This document shows positions 17,658 through 26,120 of a stretch of 32,000 bases of DNA, in pieces. Position 1 is the first letter of the stretch, and every line of letters begins with the position of its first letter. The stretch spans positions 870,001-902,000 of the forward strand of contig NC_005070.1 in NCBI RefSeq assembly GCF_000195975.1, read 5' to 3'. Under the pieces are notes generated by a model. The model was not told the DNA's origin, searched no databases, and saw only the letters and a list, made by a program, of their open reading frames with translations. The translations under genes were made by a program, and so were the position numbers. This stretch comes from Parasynechococcus marenigrum WH 8102. Lineage in GTDB: Bacteria > Cyanobacteriota > Cyanobacteriia > PCC-6307 > Cyanobiaceae.

Positions 17658-18464
17658 ATGGCCGCGCTGCTCTCCAGTTTGCGCCATCGCCCGCTTTGGC
17701 AGGTGTGCGGCTTGGGCCTGGCCGTGGGATTGCTGGTGTCGGTGCCGTTGGCTCGGCGTCATCCCCTGGCTGGTTGGTGGGGCCTTGGCATCGGCGAAGT
17801 GGTAGTGCTGGGGCAGGACGCGGGTGGCAGCAACACCGACACGATCTTCACGTTGAAGGTGAAGCCCGGCAGCACGCGCATCACGCAGATTCCCCGCGAC
17901 AGTTACATCAACCCGGATGGATTCGGGGCGATGAAGATCAATGGATTGCTGAGGCGCGGTGGACCAGAGGCGGTGGAGCGGGAGCTGACGCGGCTGATGA
18001 ACCGGCCGGTGCGCCATCACGTGGTGGTGTCGCTTCAGACGTTGCCGTTGCTGGCCAATTTGGTGGGCGGCATTGAAGTGGACGTGCCCAAACGGCTGTA
18101 TTACGTGGATCGCAGCCAGGATCTGGTGATTGACCTGCAGCCAGGGCGTCAGGTGTTGAGCGGCAAGGCGTTGGAGGGATTTCTGCGTTGGCGTAACGAC
18201 GGATATGGCGATTTCGGACGTCTGGAACGGCAGCAACTGGCGTTGAAGGGTTTGGCGAATCGTTTGCGGCAGCCGCAGAATCTTTTGAAGCTGCCGCTGT
18301 TGCTGGGCGTCGTGCGCACGCAGGTGCAAACCGACCTCAATCCGCTGCAGATGGCTGGTCTAGCCACGGGATTGATCTGCACTGATCTCGATGCACATCG
18401 ATTGCAAGCGAGACCCTTCAGTCGCGGTGGCATCAGTTACCTGGAAACCACCTGGCCGAATTGA
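17658..18464 (+). CDS. LytR-CpsA-Psr (LCP) family protein
   Basis: An N-terminal TM segment is followed by DTIFTLKV...ITQIPRDSYI...MKINGLL...VVVSLQTLPLLANLVGGIEVDVP, which fits the LCP domain pattern. Confidence 0.78.
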   Translation: MAALLSSLRHRPLWQVCGLGLAVGLLVSVPLARRHPLAGWWGLGIGEVVVLGQDAGGSNTDTIFTLKVKPGSTRITQIPRDSYINPDGFGAMKINGLLRRGGPEAVERELTRLMNRPVRHHVVVSLQTLPLLANLVGGIEVDVPKRLYYVDRSQDLVIDLQPGRQVLSGKALEGFLRWRNDGYGDFGRLERQQLALKGLANRLRQPQNLLKLPLLLGVVRTQVQTDLNPLQMAGLATGLICTDLDAHRLQARPFSRGGISYLETTWPN

Positions 18465-19043
18465 TCAAACCAGCAGGTTGAGCGAGCGCACCACACGGCC
18501 GCAGAGGTCATCCACCTTCTCCCAGCGGTCTTCGTTGACGCTGGTGGCCAAGGTGTAGAGGCGGCCCCGATCCACAACCACCGTCGCCAGCTCGTGGCGG
18601 TCGCGGTCTTCCAGGTGCACCGCGTATTCCAGGTCGTAAAAGGTATGGCCATTCATCTCGCGCTCCTGCGCTTCCACCAGCTCAGCAGTACGGCCACTGC
18701 CGGCGGTGGCGATCACCTCACGGCGTAGGCGCTCTCCCACCGCAACAGCACTGCCCAGTTCGGTGAGGTCGTTGTTCTCATCCACCTTGTTCACCATCAG
18801 GCTCACAGTCTCATCGCCGTGGATCAGGTCGTGAAACACCACCCGCGGTCCATTGCTTACCTGCACCTGGGTCCAACCGGTGGGATAAAGGAAGGCGAAA
18901 CGACCATCGGGGCTCTGATACGACTGCAGGCCTGCGGTTGGTCCAGCCGCACATGCTCCCAAAGCCATCGTCAGGATCCCGCAGACGAGCAGTCGGGAGA
19001 GGGAGCGGAGCAGCTGCATCAAAAGCGGAGCAGATCGGTGCAT
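18465..19043 (-). CDS. psbP: PsbP-like photosystem II lipoprotein (CyanoP)
   Basis: A lipobox (TMALGAC) is followed by the PsbP-family core [15 protein letters not shown]...DLEYAV...[13 protein letters not shown]. Several in-frame starts exist (GTG 19091; ATG 19064, 19043, 19019), and the choice among them is uncertain. Confidence 0.78.
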   Translation of the reverse strand: MHRSAPLLMQLLRSLSRLLVCGILTMALGACAAGPTAGLQSYQSPDGRFAFLYPTGWTQVQVSNGPRVVFHDLIHGDETVSLMVNKVDENNDLTELGSAVAVGERLRREVIATAGSGRTAELVEAQEREMNGHTFYDLEYAVHLEDRDRHELATVVVDRGRLYTLATSVNEDRWEKVDDLCGRVVRSLNLLV

Positions 19044-19098
19044 TCTGCCTAGAGTCCGCACCATCGGCGGCAGACCTCTGAGCGGCTTCACAAGACCG

Positions 19099-19677
19099 TT
19101 GGCCCGGCTGATCGATCAGTTTGAGAGGCTCCCAGGGATTGGCCCGCGCACGGCGCAACGGCTTGCTTTGCATCTGCTGAACCAGCCAGAGGAGCAGATC
19201 CGCCAGTTTGCTGATGCCCTGCTGGCGGCCCGCACACAAGTGGGGCAATGCCAGACCTGCTTTCATCTGTCGGCCGATCCGGAATGCGAGATCTGCCGCA
19301 ACCCGGAGCGCCGCAACGGTTTGATCTGTGTGGTGGCCGATTCCCGAGACCTGCTGGCCCTGGAGCGCACACGAGAGTTCCAAGGCCGGTATCACGTTCT
19401 TGGTGGTTTGATCTCGCCGATGGATGGCATCGGCCCGGAATTGCTCCATGTGACCCCGCTGGTGGCCAGGATCAATCAGGAGGACATCACTGAGGTGATC
19501 CTGGCACTGACTCCCAGCGTGGAGGGGGACACCACCAGCCTTTATCTGGCTCGTTTGCTCAAGCCGTTTTGTCCCGTGAGCCGCATCGCCTATGGCCTGC
19601 CGATGGGGAGTGAACTGGAGTACGCCGACGAGGTCACTCTCAGCCGGGCCCTGGAGGGCCGGCGCCCGCTGGACTGA
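19099..19677 (+). CDS. recR: Recombination protein RecR
   Basis: It contains the HhH segment [17 protein letters not shown], a C4 zinc finger (CQTCFHLS...CEIC) and a Toprim segment ([16 protein letters not shown]...YHVLGG). The first canonical start in the frame is TTG 19099. Confidence 0.88.
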   Translation: MARLIDQFERLPGIGPRTAQRLALHLLNQPEEQIRQFADALLAARTQVGQCQTCFHLSADPECEICRNPERRNGLICVVADSRDLLALERTREFQGRYHVLGGLISPMDGIGPELLHVTPLVARINQEDITEVILALTPSVEGDTTSLYLARLLKPFCPVSRIAYGLPMGSELEYADEVTLSRALEGRRPLD

Positions 19678-19692
19678 CCTTTCAAGGTGAAT

Positions 19693-19736
19693 TACTAGTA
19701 ACTTTCTATAGAAAGTGCGGTGTTGCAGGCAACACC
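19693..19736. promoter_or_regulatory. AT-rich palindromic element plus hairpin in the recR-lipA spacer
   Basis: It comprises TACTAGTA (19693-19700), the perfect 16-bp palindrome ACTTTCTATAGAAAGT (19701-19716), and the hairpin GGTGTTG-CAGG-CAACACC (19719-19736). Its function is unknown; it could be an operator, a terminator or part of a small RNA. Confidence 0.4.
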
Positions 19737-19806
19737 GTCAGGATTCCGTGATGATTGACTCGCCGGTGACATCGCTCCGGGCGGGTGCACCCTCCCAGGT
19801 TGCCGG

Positions 19807-19816
19807 CCCCCCCCCC
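19807..19816. repeat. Homopolymeric C10 tract upstream of lipA
   Basis: A direct read gives ten consecutive C, 44 nt upstream of the lipA ATG. Confidence 0.9.
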
Positions 19817-19859
19817 GCTGACGTCCCTCCCGCCAGAATAAAAGGGAAGGTCAGATGGC

Positions 19860-20759
19860 ATGAGCAAATACAGCACCATTGCTCCGACGGAACGACTGCC
19901 GGAGTGGCTGCGGCGACCGATCGGCGATGCATCTGCGCTCGAGCGGGTGCAGGGATTGGTCAAGCAGAACCGGTTGCACACCATCTGCGAGGAGGGGCGT
20001 TGCCCCAACCGCGGTGAGTGTTATGCAGCTGGCACAGCCACGTTTTTGCTGGGTGGTTCGATCTGCACCCGCAGCTGTGCCTTCTGCCAGGTGGAGAAGG
20101 GCCAAGCACCCATGGCGGTGGACCCTGCTGAGGCGCAGCGGGTGGCTGATGCGGTGGAGGCGATGCAGCTGCGTTATGTGGTGCTCACGGCCGTCGCCCG
20201 TGATGACCTGGCTGATCACGGTGCAGCTCTCTTCACTACAACGATGGAGGCGATCCGCGCCCGCAATCCGCTGATTGCCATCGAGGTGTTGACGCCGGAT
20301 TTCTGGGGTGGCTGTCCCGATCCACAACAGGCTGTTGCCGCGCAGCGTGAGCGGCTGTCCACCGTGCTCGCGGCTGACCCCGTGTGCTTCAACCACAACC
20401 TGGAAACCGTCCAACGCCTGCAAGGTGAGGTACGGCGCGGTGCCACCTACGAGCGATCCCTCGGGCTGCTGGCGGCGTGCCGGGAGCTGGCTCCAACGAT
20501 TCCCACCAAATCAGGGTTGATGCTGGGCCTTGGCGAGAGCCGTGATGAGGTGATTGCTGCGATGCGGGATCTGCGGGCTGTGGATTGTCAGCGCCTCACC
20601 CTCGGCCAGTACCTGCGTCCGTCCTTGGCTCACATCCCAGTGGATCGCTATTGGACGCCGGAGGAGTTTGACGAACTCGGTGCTGTGGCCCGCGATCTTG
20701 GGTTCGCCCAGGTGCGCAGTGGTCCGCTGGTGCGCAGCAGTTATCACGCTGCCGATTGA
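19860..20759 (+). CDS. lipA: Lipoyl synthase
   Basis: Both cluster motifs are present: the auxiliary-cluster motif [12 protein letters not shown] and the radical-SAM motif [10 protein letters not shown]. The length of 299 aa is typical, and GGGAAGG lies 10-16 nt upstream of the ATG. Confidence 0.93.
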   Translation: MSKYSTIAPTERLPEWLRRPIGDASALERVQGLVKQNRLHTICEEGRCPNRGECYAAGTATFLLGGSICTRSCAFCQVEKGQAPMAVDPAEAQRVADAVEAMQLRYVVLTAVARDDLADHGAALFTTTMEAIRARNPLIAIEVLTPDFWGGCPDPQQAVAAQRERLSTVLAADPVCFNHNLETVQRLQGEVRRGATYERSLGLLAACRELAPTIPTKSGLMLGLGESRDEVIAAMRDLRAVDCQRLTLGQYLRPSLAHIPVDRYWTPEEFDELGAVARDLGFAQVRSGPLVRSSYHAAD

Positions 20760-21265
20760 CGCCAGCTCCGCAGGCTCCGCTCCAGCACCTGCTCCACCGA
20801 ACCACTCATCAGCGCACCGGCGCCACCCCACACCATTCGCAACGGCAGATCCCACAGGGCTGCTGCCACATCCCGCTCCAGCTGAAAGCCCCGCTGGCGG
20901 AAATAACGCACCAGCCGGCTGTGCTGGCGTTCGTCATCGCGGATCGCCAGCAGCCGGGCTCTGCTGCAGGGGGTTGCTTCCAGGGCCCAGGCCATGGTGG
21001 CGGCCCAGACCAGATCGCCCACCCCTGCCGGGCTTTGGGGAACCACCCGCATCGTGTCCAGCTGCAGGCCGTTGCTTGTTCCGTAGGCCCAGCCCTTCAT
21101 CTCCCCCAGCAGTTGCGCTGTGCCATTCGGCCCCGGGCAGGCCACCACCAACCTCAGGCTCCAGAGCCCCAGCGGACGGCCCACCTGCAGCCTCAGCAGC
21201 AGGCCGCGTTCGCTGGCCTGCAACTCGAGCCGCTCGAGCAGGGATGGTGATGGTTCGTTGATCAT
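20744..21265 (-). CDS. Conserved-looking hypothetical protein, possibly GNAT-fold acetyltransferase
   Basis: This 173-aa ORF has normal amino-acid composition and genome-typical codons. The two ORFs on the opposite strand here are Pro/Ala/Arg-rich shadows. The segment [28 protein letters not shown]...RYFRQRGF resembles GNAT motif A. Its ATG overlaps the upstream stop (ATGA). Confidence 0.6.
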   Translation of the reverse strand: MINEPSPSLLERLELQASERGLLLRLQVGRPLGLWSLRLVVACPGPNGTAQLLGEMKGWAYGTSNGLQLDTMRVVPQSPAGVGDLVWAATMAWALEATPCSRARLLAIRDDERQHSRLVRYFRQRGFQLERDVAAALWDLPLRMVWGGAGALMSGSVEQVLERSLRSWRQSAA

Positions 21266-22221
21266 CGATGGCTCACGTCGCGCACGGCATGGAGTGGCAG
21301 GGGACCGTACAGATGGGGGAAGAGTTCACCGGTGGGAATGGCATCGCCCCGTAGGGGGGCACTGACTAAAGCCGGGTCGATCTCCAGCAACAGCACTTCA
21401 CCGGCATCGGCATAGAAGCGGTCATAGGTTGCGTCGACCTGTTCGCGCCAGGAGCAGTGGATAAAGCCCACCTGCTCGAGCATCAGTCCGCGGGTGGAGA
21501 CGCTGTACTCCCCATCGTTCTGGGCCTGATGCCAATCCGAGGCGAGGGCCAGATGAAACAAGGGTTGATCCGTTGGAACAGCGATGGCGTCGGCCGGGAA
21601 AAGGTGCTGTTGACCGCCTGGATCCCAGGGATCGGCGCGCTGCATCAATCGCTCAAAAGCAGGCGCCTGCAGGAAGCGATTCAGCCAACCGCGCAATGGC
21701 TCCAGCTCAGGGTCGGCATCGAATCCCTGAGGATCAGCGATCCGCCACTGGCGCACGAACGGCCACAGGGCTGCATCGGCCAGGCCCATCCGTTCACCGG
21801 CCAGCCAGCCGGCTGCTCGGATGCGGTCATTCCATCCCTTGAGGATCGCCCGTCCCTCCTGTTGATGGGTTGATCGATCCGCCTCTGGATAACGGTCGCT
21901 GTACTTGAAACGATCGAGGTGGTGTTTGAACACACCATCGTTCTCTCCCACCCACGGATCCAGATCACCTGCACCGAGACAGTCCCTGGGGTCCGCCTGG
22001 GCAAGGGCCCAATGCATCAGCTCGAGGCTTTCCTCGATCACGGTGCCGTCGGCCAGCACCAGCACCGGCACCGTGCCCTTGGCTGAGGCTTCCAGCATGG
22101 CGGCGGGTTTGGCACGCAATTCGATCTCGCGCCACTGCACCAGTAACCCCGCCTCTAACAGGGCCCAACGTGCCCGCATGGCGTAAGGGCACCGCCGGAA
22201 GCTGTAGAGGATCGGCAGCAT
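21262..22221 (-). CDS. Fusion protein: glutathione S-transferase-like N-terminal part plus C-terminal DUF952
   Basis: The N-terminus (LYSFRRCPYAMRARWAL...GTVPVLVLADGTVIEESLELMHW) has the GST/glutaredoxin-like thioredoxin fold pattern. The C-terminal ~100 aa carry the DUF952 hallmarks GFIHCS...LLLEID...FPHLYGPLPL. Confidence 0.85.
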   Translation of the reverse strand: MLPILYSFRRCPYAMRARWALLEAGLLVQWREIELRAKPAAMLEASAKGTVPVLVLADGTVIEESLELMHWALAQADPRDCLGAGDLDPWVGENDGVFKHHLDRFKYSDRYPEADRSTHQQEGRAILKGWNDRIRAAGWLAGERMGLADAALWPFVRQWRIADPQGFDADPELEPLRGWLNRFLQAPAFERLMQRADPWDPGGQQHLFPADAIAVPTDQPLFHLALASDWHQAQNDGEYSVSTRGLMLEQVGFIHCSWREQVDATYDRFYADAGEVLLLEIDPALVSAPLRGDAIPTGELFPHLYGPLPLHAVRDVSHR

Positions 22222-22233
22222 GTTCTTGGCGAC

Positions 22234-22242
22234 GGGGGGGGG
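22234..22242. repeat. Homopolymeric G9 tract in a divergent spacer
   Basis: A direct read gives nine consecutive G between the GST-DUF952 start (22221, minus strand) and small ORF A (22280, plus strand). Confidence 0.9.
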
Positions 22243-22279
22243 ATGCGTTAAGCGTGGGTGTGAATGGTCTGTTTCGGTG

Positions 22280-22429
22280 ATGCGAGCTCTGGTTCCACTT
22301 GGACTGCTCGCCTGGATGGTGGGACTGTTCGTCGCTCATCAGCAGATTCACGCCGGTGGCTGTGTCACTGAAGCGCGCTGGGCGTCCCAGAACGATGAGG
22401 TGTACGACCGTGAATTGGAGGTGAACTGA
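22280..22429 (+). CDS. Micro-membrane protein A (49 aa), paralogue of the next ORF
   Basis: ATG 22280 is followed by one hydrophobic helix (ALVPLGLLAWMVGLFVA), then HQQIHAGGCVTEARWAS and an acidic tail. The stop overlaps the next ATG (TGATG). The ORF-track start at 22220 would overlap the divergent GST start. Confidence 0.4.
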   Translation: MRALVPLGLLAWMVGLFVAHQQIHAGGCVTEARWASQNDEVYDRELEVN

Positions 22430-22617
22430 TGAGTCGTAAGCGCATCTCCTTCCGCGATCCCGTTTGGTTGATTCCCATGGTGATCATTGCCCTGGGATGT
22501 TCCATTCAGACCCTCCACATGCTGCAGCACAACCGCTACTGCAAAACGGATGCTGAATGGAAGGCTCTTTACAGCGAGAAATCGTCGGACTTCTTGGAGG
22601 AGGCAGACGACAGCTGA
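22429..22617 (+). CDS. Micro-membrane protein B (62 aa), paralogue of the previous ORF
   Basis: A basic N-terminus and one helix (VWLIPMVIIALGCSI) are followed by HMLQHNRYCKTDAEWKA and an acidic tail. The codon usage looks coding. The last 49 nt overlap the convergent trhO 3' end. Confidence 0.45.
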   Translation: MSRKRISFRDPVWLIPMVIIALGCSIQTLHMLQHNRYCKTDAEWKALYSEKSSDFLEEADDS

Positions 22618-23519
22618 TCCATCTGCCGTTGGCGCATGGCGAAGCGTTGGCGGTCGCTCTCCGAAAAACGGTCGATGCAATGCAGGCACTGCACCCCTTT
22701 GATGTAACTCGGCAACGACCGCTGCTCGGGTGACAGGGGCAGTCCGCAGGCATGGCAGAGGCTGTGCTCTCCGGGTTCCAGTTGGTGGTTGAGGGCCACC
22801 CGCTGATCGAATACGAAGCATTCCCCCCGCCAACGGCTCTCCTCCTCGGGGACCTGCTCGAGGTATTTGAGGATGCCGCCCCGCAGGTGATGCACCTCCC
22901 CGAACCCCTGGTGTTGCAGGTAGCTGCTGGCTTTCTCGCAGCGGATGCCGCCGGTGCAGAACATGGCGATGCGCTTTGGTGCGGTCTCGTCAATGAGGGG
23001 GCGGAGCTTGGTTTCGGCCCAGTGAGGAAAGTCGCGGAAGCTGTCGGTACCTGGATCGATGGCACCGTCAAAGCTGCCGATGGCGGTCTCGTAGTGGTTG
23101 CGGGTGTCGATCACCAGGGTGTCGGGGTCATCGACCAGACCGTTCCAGTCCTCGGGATCCACGTAGGTGCCGACGTTGGCTCGGGGATCCACGCCAGTCA
23201 CCCCCATGGTCACGATTTCCTTCTTGCGCCGAGCCTTGAAACGGCGGAACACCGATCGCTCCGCCCAGCTGCGTTTCACCTCCAACCGTTCAAAGTGCTG
23301 CTCGCCCAGCTTCAGCTGCTCCTGCAGATGCTCAAGCAGGCCCTCGACCCCCTGCTCCGGACCACTGATCGTGCCATTGACGCCCTCCTTGGCAACCAAC
23401 ACCGAGCCGAGCACAGCTCCATGGCTGGCCTGGGTCGGCAAGGCACTCAGCAAAGCCTCGCGCTGGTCGTCATCGAGGGGTGTGAAGGCGTAGAACGCCG
23501 CCACGAGCAAGCGGCTCAT
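22569..23519 (-). CDS. trhO: Rhodanese-domain protein, UPF0176/YceA family (tRNA uridine(34) hydroxylase TrhO)
   Basis: It has the N-terminal VAAFYAF...L pattern, the rhodanese active-site loop [13 protein letters not shown], and a C-terminal Cys cluster (CHACG...CLHC). ATG 23519 overlaps the bioB stop (ATGA); 23534 is an alternative start. Confidence 0.87.
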
Positions 23520-24493
23520 GCCGTGGTCTGGCACTCCTGCCAGTTGGCCTGCACCCCGGCATCAGCAAGCAACTGACGGTCGGCTTCAACGTCTGGATTG
23601 CCGGTGGTCAGCAGGGTGTCGCCGTAAAAGATCGAATCAGCACCGGCCTGCAGGCAGAGGATCTGCGCTTCCCGGCTCATCGATTCACGGCCAGCGCTGA
23701 GTCGCACCCGAGCCCGAGGCATCAGGATTCTTGCGGTGGCCACCATCCGCACCAGCTCCAGCGGCTCAAACGGAGCCTGATCTTCCAAGGGGGTGCCCTC
23801 CACAGCCACCAGACCGTTTACGGGAACACTCTCCGGGTGAGGGGCCATCGAGGCCAGCACCTGCAACATCGAGGCGCGATCCCGCAACGTCTCCCCCATG
23901 CCGATGATGCCGCCGCAGCAGAGGGTGACACCCGCCTTGCGAACGCGTTGCAGGGTCTCGAGTCGCTCCTGATATGTGCGGGTGGAGATGATCCGGTCGT
24001 AGTGCTCTGGGCTGGTGTCGAGGTTGTGGTTGTAGGCGGTGAGGCCCGCCTCCGCCAGCCGTTCCGCCTGCTGATCGCTGAGCATTCCGGCGGTCACGCA
24101 GGCCTCCATGCCCAGGTCCCGCACGCCGCGCACCATCGACAACATCGCTTCAAAGGGAGCGCCATCGCGGATCTCTCGCCAGGCCCAGCCCATGCAGAAG
24201 CGATCGGCGCCAGCCTCTTTCGCGGCCCGGGCCCGTTGCAGCACCGGCTCCACCTGCATCTGGGCCTCGAAGGCCGTTACATCACTGCTGTTGTGGATCG
24301 ATTGGGAGCAGTAGGCACAGTCCTCTTCGCAGCCGCCCGTCTTCACGCTGAGCAGGGAGGCCAGTTGCACCCGATAGCCGGGGTTGGCGGCACGGTGCAC
24401 ATATTGCGCTTGCCAAAGCAACTCCATTAGCGGTAGTTCCAGCAGCGCCTGGATTTCGGCGATGGTCCAGTCGTGGCGGATCGTGAACGTCAT
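23516..24493 (-). CDS. bioB: Biotin synthase
   Basis: It has the radical-SAM motif [13 protein letters not shown] and the downstream BioB pattern ([25 protein letters not shown]). The ORF is 325 aa. Confidence 0.93.
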
Positions 24494-25272
24494 GGCGTGA
24501 GTGGATCAAGGCCTCCGAAGCGGCGGGAGCGGCTCTGGAAATCCAGCAACGCCCGCTTCAGGGCCTCGGCATTGAAGTCGGGCCAGAACACATCGGTGAC
24601 GTGGATCTCGGCATAGGCCAGCTGCCAGAGCAGGAAGTTGCTGATGCGGTGTTCGCCGCTGGTGCGAATCAGCAGATCAGGATCCTGCTCGCCGGCGGTG
24701 AACAGTTCCGCAGCCAGGCTGTTCTCATCGATGTCTTCGGGCATCAGATCACCATTGGCGGCCTGACGTGCCAGACGCTGCGCCGCACGCACTAGCTCCC
24801 GCCGACCGCCGTAATTGGTGCAAACGTTGAAATGAATGCCGTCGTTGGCAGCCGTCCGCTCCGTGGCATCGCCGATCAGCTCCTGCAGTTTCAGCGGCAG
24901 GGCGTCCAGGTCACCCAGAAAACGAATGCGGACCTGTTCTTCCTCGAGGGTGCGCAGCTCCTTCTGCAGCACCCGTTCGAACAGGGTCATCAGGAAATTC
25001 ACCTCGTCACCTGGCCGTGACCAGTTTTCTGTTGAGAAGGCGTAAGCGGTGAGGGCAGCGATGCCCCAGTCGCTGCAAAGCCGAAGGGTTGACTTGAGCG
25101 CTTCCACCCCGGCGCGGTGCCCCATCATCCGAGGCAGGCCCCTGGCTTCAGCCCAGCGTCCGTTGCCATCCATGATCACAGCCACATGGACCGGCAACCG
25201 ATCCCCATCCAGCTCGGGAGGGCAGAGCTGGGATGGAGTGGTGTCGTGGCTGGTGGCCAGTGGTCGGCTCAA
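24490..25272 (-). CDS. uppS: Undecaprenyl-diphosphate synthase (cis-isoprenyl transferase)
   Basis: It contains [23 protein letters not shown] and [20 protein letters not shown]. The TTG start overlaps the cdaA stop (TTGA), and the stop overlaps the bioB ATG (ATGA). Confidence 0.92.
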
Positions 25273-26099
25273 GACAGCGATTCAGCCGATGAGCTCACCA
25301 CCGTACGTCGTGCTGGGGGCCTGGATTCGGCGCTGCTGAGCAGTTCCCGCAGGAGCTCCTCCAGCCTCGAACTGGTGATCGGTCGCTCGAGCTTGCCTTG
25401 ATTGGAGAGCGACAAGGTGCCGGTTTCCTCAGAGACAACAATGCAGATGCAGCGGTCGAACCGTTCGGTGATGCCCAGAGCTGCCAGATGGCGGGTTCCG
25501 TAGCGGCTGACGCTGTGGCGTGACAGCGGCAGGATCACCCCGGCTGCTTCGATGCGATTGCCGCGCACAAGAACAGCTCCATCGTGGAGTGGTGTGTCGG
25601 CGGCGAACAGATTCAACAACAGCTCGCGACTGAGCTGCGCACCGATGGCGACGCCGGGGTTGAGGAAATCTTCCGGCCGAAGATCGCTGCCCATGTCCAC
25701 CACGATCAGGGCCCCCCGACGTTGTTGTGAGAGGCGGCCGGCCGCCTCGGTGATCTGCGTCACGGTGCCGGCGCTGCCGCGGAACTCCTTCTGGGGATTG
25801 CCGAGCAACACCGCCAGCCGGCCGGTGCCGAGAAGTTCCATCAGACGTCGCAACTCCCCCTGCCAGAGGATGGCCAATGACAGTGAGCAGGCCAGCACCA
25901 ACGCATCGACCAGTTTTGAGGTCAGCGGCAGATTGGCGTAGCGCTGGACGAACCAGGCCAGGGCGACCAGGAAAAGGTATCCCCTCAGGAGCCAGAGGGT
26001 TCGTGCCTCATTGACACGGGAAAACAGCAGGAATCCAATGGCTGAGGCGAACAGAACGTCGAGAACCAGGCGCGGATCCACCACCGCCAGCACGTTCAC
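25269..26099 (-). CDS. cdaA: Diadenylate cyclase CdaA (membrane-anchored DisA_N/DAC domain)
   Basis: Three N-terminal hydrophobic helices precede the DAC motifs: GALIVV, DGAVLV and [12 protein letters not shown]...[11 protein letters not shown]. The start is GTG. Confidence 0.9.
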
Positions 26100-26120
26100 C
26101 CAGCAAAAGTCGTACTGGAG

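Noticed and set aside
20554-21261. Two plus-strand ORFs (235 and 164 aa) covering the region I assign to a minus-strand GNAT-like gene.
   Set aside because: Their products are Pro/Ala/Arg/Ser-rich and low in complexity. The minus-strand frame has balanced composition, genome-typical codons, a GNAT-like motif and an ATGA junction with the upstream gene.
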